Positions 7,637 through 14,041 of a stretch of DNA of 20,000 nucleotides are shown here, in pieces (the first letter of the stretch is position 1; the number at the start of each line of letters is the position of its first letter). The position numbers were made by a program, and so were the translations under genes. The notes below the pieces were generated by a model that saw nothing but the letters and a program-made list of their open reading frames with translations, had not been told where the DNA came from and did not search any database. Location: IMG/VR virus record IMGVR_UViG_3300030330_006072; one strand, written 5' to 3'. This stretch comes from an uncultured virus (IMG/VR IMGVR_UViG_3300030330_006072). Lineage: Duplodnaviria > Heunggongvirae > Uroviricota > Caudoviricetes.

Positions 7637-9454
7637 ATGACTAGATTTAAATGGCTACCATTAGATGATGTCGTGAGAAGCATTCCTGTTATGGATAAAT
7701 ACAACGTCTCCAGAGTAGCCAGAGGACTCGATGACTCGGAGCAAACAAAGGAGGGATTCATAGAGGCTTATATCGCTGTAAAGGGCGACAAGAACAAAAT
7801 GATGACTCGTATCACTGGAAGGATGCGTAAAGGCCAAGAAGTCGAAACGTGGGCCGATAGAAGGAATCAATTTGTTGCTCGACATCTAAAGCAAATGCGC
7901 CAAGGTGACACGTACTCTAATGGATGGTTGCCAAGTGGAGAGCCAACACGACGACACTTAGCCTTAATCGCTTGGGCCTACTCTCCCTCTCCTAAAAGAC
8001 TAAAAGACTGGCTCAATACACAAGAAGCACCTTTGACAAACCCTAAAACGATAAGAAGTGCAATTCATCGTATTGATTCACAAGGTGTACATGAAAAGAT
8101 CGGATTCGTCGTATTCTCTGATTCATCTAAGGGCCTAAAGATCGACGTAGACGTGTCTTCACTTCCAAATGGAGAACATGGTTTTCATGTACATGAATAT
8201 GGTAGCATAGAGCCAAAAATGAAGGATGGCAAGATGGTATCGGGATTGAGTGCGGGCCAACATTACGATCCCTTGGATGCGGGCTTTCATGGTTCTCCAA
8301 CAGGTTGCGGACATCTCGGTGATCTTCCTTTTATCACTGTAAAGAACGGAACCTCGAAACAAACTGTATATGCACCTAGACTGTCCGTAAAACAGATCGA
8401 GAATAGGGCCATCATTATCCATGAAGGAGGGGATAATTACTCGGATACTCCTTTACCCAACGGTGGGGGAAAATCTCGTATTGCGGGCGGTATTATCACG
8501 AATGGCTGTCCGTATTGTGTATCGAACCCTAAGTTTACCGCAAAGAAGCTTGAAAATATATTGTATGACGTTTACAGAAGGGGATCGGCTGCATGGGCAT
8601 CGGGTGGACATCGGAAATTCCAAACCCCGCAGTCGTGGGGACATGCGAGAGTAAATTCTTTCTTGGTTGGAGGCAAAACCTTTTTCACTGGAGACAAGGA
8701 TCTTGCTAAAAAGCTACCTACAAAGCTGTATGAAGCGATCTATAAAGAAAGAACATACGATCCCCCAAAATCTCTAAAGTCTGATGACAAAAAGGTGATT
8801 AGGGACTCCAGAGGGCTAAAGATACCCCAAAAGTATTTGGATGGATTCAAAGGAAAAGATCGGGATAGTCGAATCAAAGAGATAGACAAAAGACGTAGAG
8901 AGTATTCACAAGCTTTAAAAAAGTATGGTGACGAAAAAGATTTTCCTCAAAAGGTTTTAGATCAAATTTATTCTCCTTGGGACAGCGATAAAGGAACATC
9001 TAAGATTAAGAGTCCGTATACAATCGAGGCACATAAAAGAGGATTCACAGGCTCCAGACTGGAGAAATCTAAAGAGGCGATAAACTATTACATGAAGAGA
9101 AAGAACCCTTCTAAGTCTATGAGTGTAAGCGATAAGGATATAATAAACGCTCTATCGGAGCGTTTTAAGAGTCTAAATAATCAATTGCCCAAGTGGGAAG
9201 ATATCAAATGGAAGAAAGGAAAAGATTTTGATATGGATGGGACGTGGGAAACAGAGATCGGGGGCAAGATATATGATATTTATCGAGATGCCACAAGTGG
9301 CATATATTCTTCTGCGGTCTGGTATTTAGGACGAAAATCAGAAAAAATATTTAAGATATCTAAAAGCGACATCTTAGATATACTTGGATACACCAAGAAA
9401 GAAGCTACAAAAAAGCTTGTGGAAAGGATAAAAGATCGTCAGTCTAAAAAGTAA
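7637..9454 (+). CDS. Multi-domain protein: unknown domain + Cu/Zn superoxide dismutase (SodC-type) + DUF5824-like module + unknown C-terminal domain
   Basis: Likely start ATG 7637 behind GGGTGGGG. The SOD domain (~8045-8500) keeps HVH, GQHY, FHG, GHLGD, IIH and the catalytic Arg (SRIAG). VYRRGSAAW...TPQSWGHARVNSF...GKT...DKDL resembles DUF5824 as I recall it. The SOD call is strong, the other domains are less certain. Confidence 0.85.
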   Translation: MTRFKWLPLDDVVRSIPVMDKYNVSRVARGLDDSEQTKEGFIEAYIAVKGDKNKMMTRITGRMRKGQEVETWADRRNQFVARHLKQMRQGDTYSNGWLPSGEPTRRHLALIAWAYSPSPKRLKDWLNTQEAPLTNPKTIRSAIHRIDSQGVHEKIGFVVFSDSSKGLKIDVDVSSLPNGEHGFHVHEYGSIEPKMKDGKMVSGLSAGQHYDPLDAGFHGSPTGCGHLGDLPFITVKNGTSKQTVYAPRLSVKQIENRAIIIHEGGDNYSDTPLPNGGGKSRIAGGIITNGCPYCVSNPKFTAKKLENILYDVYRRGSAAWASGGHRKFQTPQSWGHARVNSFLVGGKTFFTGDKDLAKKLPTKLYEAIYKERTYDPPKSLKSDDKKVIRDSRGLKIPQKYLDGFKGKDRDSRIKEIDKRRREYSQALKKYGDEKDFPQKVLDQIYSPWDSDKGTSKIKSPYTIEAHKRGFTGSRLEKSKEAINYYMKRKNPSKSMSVSDKDIINALSERFKSLNNQLPKWEDIKWKKGKDFDMDGTWETEIGGKIYDIYRDATSGIYSSAVWYLGRKSEKIFKISKSDILDILGYTKKEATKKLVERIKDRQSKK

Positions 9455-9482
9455 AAGGAGAAGGGATTGGAACCCTTCTCCT
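9446..9482 (-). terminator. Rho-independent terminator-like hairpin
   Basis: AGGAGAAGGG (9456-9465) pairs perfectly with CCCTTCTCCT (9473-9482). A U-rich tail (TTTTACTTTTT) follows only on the minus strand. Confidence 0.65.
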
Positions 9483-9540
9483 AGGTAGAAAACAGTACAA
9501 AGGAAAACATGTCTTCTACAACCAAAAATCAAACAGAAAG
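9450..9540 (-). ncRNA. Candidate small RNA (two stem-loops, anti-SD loop, intrinsic terminator)
   Basis: On the minus strand: TATAGT at 9548-9543, then stem GTAGAAGACA/TGTTTTCTAC (G-U pair on this strand, A-C mismatch on plus) with loop TGTTTTCCTTTGTAC, then a 10-bp hairpin followed by a U-rich tract. Confidence 0.5.
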
Positions 9541-9629
9541 ACACTATATAATTACAGCCTAAAATAATTATACGTATCGCTCTTGATAATAACTTTAATT
9601 ATTATCGTTGGCAATACAAGGAGAAAAAA

Positions 9630-10481
9630 ATGCAAGAAAAATATACCGTAAATTTAATGAAAGATGGAAGTATAGTAGGGAATATTGGTTCTTATCCATC
9701 CAAAAGAGAAGCGCAAAGCGTAGCTTTAGAGTTTAATGTAAAGTTTAAGAGAAGGGCGGGAAAGGCTGTTGTAACCGAATTAAAAGAACAAAAAGAAGAG
9801 GAAAAGCCAAAGCCAAACCCTAGACGTAGTACTCAAGCTCTATTCTTATCTCGATCAAATCAAGAAGAGTCAGAGGAGGAGTCAGAAGAGGAGTCAGAAG
9901 AGGAGTCAGAAGAAGAATCGGAGGAAGGGTATCAATACTCCGAAGAAGAAGAGTCAGAAGAAGAACAGAGAACACCTATTTTTAAGCCCCGACAACGACT
10001 AAGAGAGCGACGAATAGAGAACAAGCCTAAGAGTCGATATAAAGTGCCACATAAGACAGTCGATCGTCCGTTTATGTTTGGGTATGGAGCACAAAACACA
10101 AACATTGTTCTCATCGATGATGAAGGATACGTGGCTTTAATAGAGAACAGAGCAATAAGAGGCCCAAAGTGGATCTTTATGTCAAGTGAGATAGAGAGCC
10201 ATGATTCCCCTCAAGAGAAGATGATAGAAGATGTTGAAAGCGCATCGGGCTACAAGAATGAGATTATATCTCGAATAGAAGCTTCCTATATATCGGGAAA
10301 GAAGATTATCTTTTATTTGGCTCGCCCTACACGAATGGTTCACGACCCAAGAGAAGAAATCGCTTGGGTTAGCCAAGATGAAGCATACGATTTATTAGGA
10401 AGAAATATTGGGCAAAATAAAACAATCTTAAGAAGAATTTTAGATAAAGCTTTCAGTATTTGGAGAAAAAAACAATTATAA
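9630..10481 (+). CDS. Protein with acidic repeat linker and C-terminal degenerate Nudix-fold domain
   Basis: RBS ACAAGGAGA. Basic N-terminal domain ends KPNPRR, then (ESEE)n. C-terminal NIVLIDDEGYVALI...W...SGY...FYLA...IAWVSQDEAYDLL follows the Nudix layout, but the box residues are substituted. Confidence 0.7.
   Translation: MQEKYTVNLMKDGSIVGNIGSYPSKREAQSVALEFNVKFKRRAGKAVVTELKEQKEEEKPKPNPRRSTQALFLSRSNQEESEEESEEESEEESEEESEEGYQYSEEEESEEEQRTPIFKPRQRLRERRIENKPKSRYKVPHKTVDRPFMFGYGAQNTNIVLIDDEGYVALIENRAIRGPKWIFMSSEIESHDSPQEKMIEDVESASGYKNEIISRIEASYISGKKIIFYLARPTRMVHDPREEIAWVSQDEAYDLLGRNIGQNKTILRRILDKAFSIWRKKQL
9867..9926 (+). repeat. 12-bp tandem repeat (GAGTCAGARGAR, five units, the last degenerate) encoding ESEE
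   Basis: Units gagtcagaggag, gagtcagaagag, gagtcagaagag, gagtcagaagaa, gaatcggaggaa. Confidence 0.9.
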
Positions 10482-10515
10482 TGTGCTAGATTAAAAACTT
10501 ATAAGTGGAGTATCT

Positions 10516-11094
10516 ATGTTTGACAATCAAGAGATTGATTATATTCAATCGACAGAAGGTGCGTTGGGTGACGCACCAAAGGAATCCAGAGTGCCAAATG
10601 TGCCTGTGAATAAGGATTTCGAACCATACTGGCAACGTTCCAACATTGCGCCTTATAGTCCTCGATATAGAAAGCCCGCTAATATCGATGTGCCAAGCAG
10701 TGATCCTCTTGGAGCACCTTATGTTCCTCCCGAACAAAAAAGCTCCTTCCAAGTCGGGGCCTTGGTATCCTCTTTTATCATTATTGGGGCTACAGTGGGA
10801 TACAGTCTCGAAGGCAAGCTATCAAGTCGCTTTAAAGCAGCGGGCTATGGTTCTTTGATTGGCGCAGTACTCGCAAATGCTATTAGATACACTGTTGCTA
10901 CAACCTCAGCATCGGGCTTTAAAGCGGGCGCAATGGGTCTTGTTGGTGCATCCGTTCCTTTGCTTCCAATTGGTTTGATAATGCTTACAAAACGGCCTTT
11001 AAAGAAGTCAAATGTTTATTTAATTGGTGGTTGGTCAGCTTTGGTATCGGGATACATTGTCGTCAATCATCTTAGAAAAAAACTTGGGTTTTAA
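10516..11094 (+). CDS. Multi-pass membrane protein with Pro-rich N-terminus
   Basis: 192 aa, GGAG RBS. About four Gly/Ala-rich hydrophobic segments in the C-terminal 60%. Confidence 0.8.
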   Translation: MFDNQEIDYIQSTEGALGDAPKESRVPNVPVNKDFEPYWQRSNIAPYSPRYRKPANIDVPSSDPLGAPYVPPEQKSSFQVGALVSSFIIIGATVGYSLEGKLSSRFKAAGYGSLIGAVLANAIRYTVATTSASGFKAGAMGLVGASVPLLPIGLIMLTKRPLKKSNVYLIGGWSALVSGYIVVNHLRKKLGF

Positions 11095-11616
11095 ATGAGT
11101 ATTTTAGAAGCAATAAAAGAAGAGTTTAATTATCTTCGTGGGAATTATGGTCTTGGGACAGCAATTGCGTATCTACTGGTTCCTACTATTGCGCTCCAAA
11201 CAGAGCAAGAAGGACTCAGTACGGAAAATCTATTAAAGGAGCTTGACGTATCCCCTAGGGACATCCTTCTTAAACAGCAAGAAATTCTTTTTAAGGTGAA
11301 AACGTCAAATGTTGCTCAGTTTATCAACACGTTGGAGTTTTTGGTCGGACTCGATATGGATGCACAATTTCTACCAGAGACGACAAAAGAACAGATAAGA
11401 GGCGAATTAGCCAAGTTGAATCCTCAAGCATCGTGGAGATCGTTGTATCCATCCCTTCAAGTGTTGGCTATGCGTGATGGCATCCTCGGATCGAATGGAT
11501 TAAGCGACTCTACGGCCTTGTTGGGTGCGTATCTTAATAAAAACAAGCCATTACCTCTCGGTTTCATTTTTGGGGGTGTTACACTGGCATTACTAGCTTA
11601 TACAGCTTTGAGGTAA
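11095..11616 (+). CDS. Tail-anchored membrane protein (paralog A)
   Basis: 173 aa, starts directly after the upstream stop. Ends LGFIFGGVTLALLAYTALR. Confidence 0.8.
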   Translation: MSILEAIKEEFNYLRGNYGLGTAIAYLLVPTIALQTEQEGLSTENLLKELDVSPRDILLKQQEILFKVKTSNVAQFINTLEFLVGLDMDAQFLPETTKEQIRGELAKLNPQASWRSLYPSLQVLAMRDGILGSNGLSDSTALLGAYLNKNKPLPLGFIFGGVTLALLAYTALR

Positions 11617-11618
11617 AT

Positions 11619-12053
11619 ATGAAAGCATTACAAAAATTAGGAATGGAACAATGGGAAAACGGACAGTATGACGCTTTTCTGACTACACTTTCAACCATGC
11701 TCGCAAGAGAAATGAGTACGACAAAAAGTCCCGAAGAAGATGATATATTAGAATGGGACAATGAATTGTATGAAGTTGCTAGGGATAGTGGAATTACAGA
11801 TTTGAGAAAGCAACTTAAAGTGCTTAGTTTGGTTCACGATCCCGATGACTCGCAGCAAACAGAGCAAAAAGCTAAAGAGATTTTTCTTGTCTTTCTTCCG
11901 ATTTTAAAGAAAGCGACATATTTTGAGTCGACTCGGCCGATGGTTCCCAAGACATACCAATTCTTGAAACAGGTTCTTATGGGGAAGAACAAGCTGGGAT
12001 TTATTGTCGGTGGTCTTACAGTCGGATTACTGGCTTATGCAGCATTGAGGTAG
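11619..12053 (+). CDS. Tail-anchored membrane protein (paralog B)
   Basis: 144 aa. Starts LGMEQWENGQYDAF and ends LGFIVGGLTVGLLAYAALR. Confidence 0.85.
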   Translation: MKALQKLGMEQWENGQYDAFLTTLSTMLAREMSTTKSPEEDDILEWDNELYEVARDSGITDLRKQLKVLSLVHDPDDSQQTEQKAKEIFLVFLPILKKATYFESTRPMVPKTYQFLKQVLMGKNKLGFIVGGLTVGLLAYAALR

Positions 12054-12055
12054 GT

Positions 12056-12433
12056 ATGAGTATAGAAGAAAGAGGAAGACAAGAGTGGAAAAACGGACAG
12101 TATGAAGCTTTTATGCGTACACTGACCGAATTAACATATAGAGAGTTAGCATCTAAAGGTTATTCAGAAGATCAATCCGATCAAGTTTTTATGGGCATGT
12201 TTAATGCAGTAGGCGGTAAAGACTTTATAGACCAAGTTAGGGATGCTGAAAAAACAGATAACAAGGAAAAAGCAAAGGGCCTTTTTGAGGCCCTTAATAA
12301 GATAAATCAAACTGATGTTAATCCTATGACATCTAAGTATTTAAAGGAGGTTCTTAATCCTACAAATCCTTTACTTAGAATTGCTATCTTCTCCGCTGTT
12401 ATCGGTGGTACGCTCCTTTTCTTGAGAGGCTAG
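12056..12433 (+). CDS. Tail-anchored membrane protein (paralog C)
   Basis: 125 aa. Starts RGRQEWKNGQYEAF and ends LLRIAIFSAVIGGTLLFLRG. Confidence 0.85.
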   Translation: MSIEERGRQEWKNGQYEAFMRTLTELTYRELASKGYSEDQSDQVFMGMFNAVGGKDFIDQVRDAEKTDNKEKAKGLFEALNKINQTDVNPMTSKYLKEVLNPTNPLLRIAIFSAVIGGTLLFLRG

Positions 12434-12616
12434 GTACATTTCGAGGATAGAGACAAGACACGCTCCTCTGGTCACACCCTCTCTTTTGGCAACCTCATCG
12501 ATCGCCAAGGCAAGACCGACAGGAAGACGAAACGACCATGCAGTGCTTTGATATTTGATTCGTTTTCCATCTTTGTACAAACAGGCTCGACCTGTTTTTC
12601 GTTTTTTAAACATCAC
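12371..12616 (-). CDS. Ribbon-helix-helix (CopG-like) DNA-binding protein
   Basis: Basic N-terminus, then WSFRLPVGLALAIDEVAKREGVTRGACLVSILEMYL (strand-helix-G-T-helix pattern). The start may be ATG 12613. The 3' end overlaps the convergent gene by 63 bp. Confidence 0.75.
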   Translation of the reverse strand: MMFKKRKTGRACLYKDGKRIKYQSTAWSFRLPVGLALAIDEVAKREGVTRGACLVSILEMYLASQEKERTTDNSGEDSNSK

Positions 12617-12938
12617 TTCTATCCCTTAAAAAACACTGCTTTCTGGCGGATTCTTGCACACAAAGTTTAAAGAATTCTAGTATTAAATAGTAATCGACTT
12701 GACCGTTTATATCGAAATAATCGCTATGAAAAGGGATTTGATAGACATCCCTTTCATCTTTACGCTTGATGATGACTTCTCCGCTTCTGATTCTAAAAGA
12801 CCAGTCATAGAAGGGATGAAGAGAACTTATAATTCCCCAATACTCGGCTAATTGTGGCTGTTCAAGAAGCAATTTGCCTCTGGTTATGTCGTAGATTTTC
12901 CATCTACGACGTTCACGATCTTTGTTGTGTTTGTCCAT
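12606..12938 (-). CDS. Hypothetical protein
   Basis: 110 aa, RBS CAAAGGAAA, overlaps the RHH gene start. Confidence 0.7.
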   Translation of the reverse strand: MDKHNKDRERRRWKIYDITRGKLLLEQPQLAEYWGIISSLHPFYDWSFRIRSGEVIIKRKDERDVYQIPFHSDYFDINGQVDYYLILEFFKLCVQESARKQCFLRDRSDV

Positions 12939-12955
12939 TTTATTTCCTTTGATAT

Positions 12956-13002
12956 AGGTTATGCGTATCTATGGATACGCAACCCTAGTGTATCACACTA
13001 TA
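12956..13002 (-). promoter_or_regulatory. Putative promoter/operator: TATAGT -10 overlapping palindrome TAGTGT-ATC-ACACTA, followed by hairpin TGCGTATC-TATG-GATACGCA
   Basis: Inverted repeats at 12986-13000 and 12962-12981, in the gap upstream of the operon containing the RHH gene. No clear -35. Confidence 0.45.
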
Positions 13003-13023
13003 AAGACAAAGGCAAACAGGCTT

Positions 13024-13431
13024 CTACGATTCTTCCTCTTGGAGATCCAGTCTCTCAAGCAAAGATTGCCATTCTTTCTCGGTTGCATCGGATGATTCTG
13101 GATTTGAAATATAACAGATTCTTTCATCGATAAGATAAGGCGACGTTTGAGCTTCTAAAGCTGCATATTGAGCAGCAGTCTGTATTTCAAAGACTGGTTT
13201 AGCCTCTTCTCTTTTATCTTCTGGAACGTTCGATAAAAACTCCGCTACAATGGACTCTTTTAGGTTCTGTATTGCTATAAAGTCGGGATTCAGAACCCTT
13301 GTTTGGATGGTTAATTTGCTCCAACCTATCGGCAAGTCTTCTAATTCGTCTCCTGTTTCAATTGGTGCTTTTTCCTCTTTATTGGCTGTACGGCCCGACA
13401 AAGCGCATACATATTCATCTGACATCGACAT
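13024..13431 (-). CDS. Hypothetical acidic protein
   Basis: 135 aa, RBS CCAAGGAGA. Confidence 0.8.
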   Translation of the reverse strand: MSMSDEYVCALSGRTANKEEKAPIETGDELEDLPIGWSKLTIQTRVLNPDFIAIQNLKESIVAEFLSNVPEDKREEAKPVFEIQTAAQYAALEAQTSPYLIDERICYISNPESSDATEKEWQSLLERLDLQEEES

Positions 13432-13447
13432 ACTTTCTCCTTGGTGT

Positions 13448-14041
13448 CTATGTTTGTTTGTAAAATAATTCTAGTTTTTGGGACAGTGGTGGAAAAATAA
13501 TCGACGACACTTGGGCCATGTTCATCGCTATGGTTCGTGCTGTTTCGCTATTTCCCTCCCAACATCTTAATATTGCCTTTGTAAGCCCCCCACATCGATC
13601 TATGAAGGCTAAAACAGCGGTTCCGTTGTCTTCTATGCATTCAAGAAGAGCCTCCGATCTATTGGGCTGTTCTCCTTCTCCACCAAGATTGATAGACCAA
13701 GTTTCTACAAGTCCTCTTAGTGAGGTGGCTCCTTCTCTGGCGATAGCTTCATAAGCGGCCGAGAGCGTAGCATCGGAGTTTTGGGTCGGTATTTCTGGAT
13801 CTTGATTGAGCTTTAGGAAGTCTTCTGGTTCCAAGTACGATTCTTTTTTTTGCATATACGTAGGGGTATCTTTGTACATTTCGCTCAAGGGTCGTTCTTG
13901 ATAGGATGTTTGAGGCGGAAGAACATAAGGACTTTGTTGTTTAATTTCTTTCGTACTGATCGAGATAGTATCTCCTTCTACAGTCATGGAAACACTGCCC
14001 TCTAACTCTATACGGACATCTCCAACAAATAGCTTTATCAT
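13448..14041 (-). CDS. Hypothetical protein
   Basis: 197 aa, TAATG coupling to the 641-aa gene. Confidence 0.8.
   Translation of the reverse strand: MIKLFVGDVRIELEGSVSMTVEGDTISISTKEIKQQSPYVLPPQTSYQERPLSEMYKDTPTYMQKKESYLEPEDFLKLNQDPEIPTQNSDATLSAAYEAIAREGATSLRGLVETWSINLGGEGEQPNRSEALLECIEDNGTAVLAFIDRCGGLTKAILRCWEGNSETARTIAMNMAQVSSIIFPPLSQKLELFYKQT

Noticed and set aside
9456..9482. tRNA gene (minus strand GGGTTCCAATCCC resembles a T-arm GGTTCGAATCC)
   Set aside because: The stem is one continuous 10-bp hairpin with no separate acceptor, D or anticodon arms and no CCA. It is kept only as a T-loop-like capped terminator hairpin.
8039..9821. AACCCT hexamers as telomere-like repeats
   Set aside because: Isolated, in-frame Asn-Pro codons, not tandem.
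9867..9926. CRISPR array or iteron/centromere repeats
   Set aside because: Contiguous in-frame 12-bp units with no spacers, varying at synonymous positions, so it is a coding repeat. No cas genes are seen.
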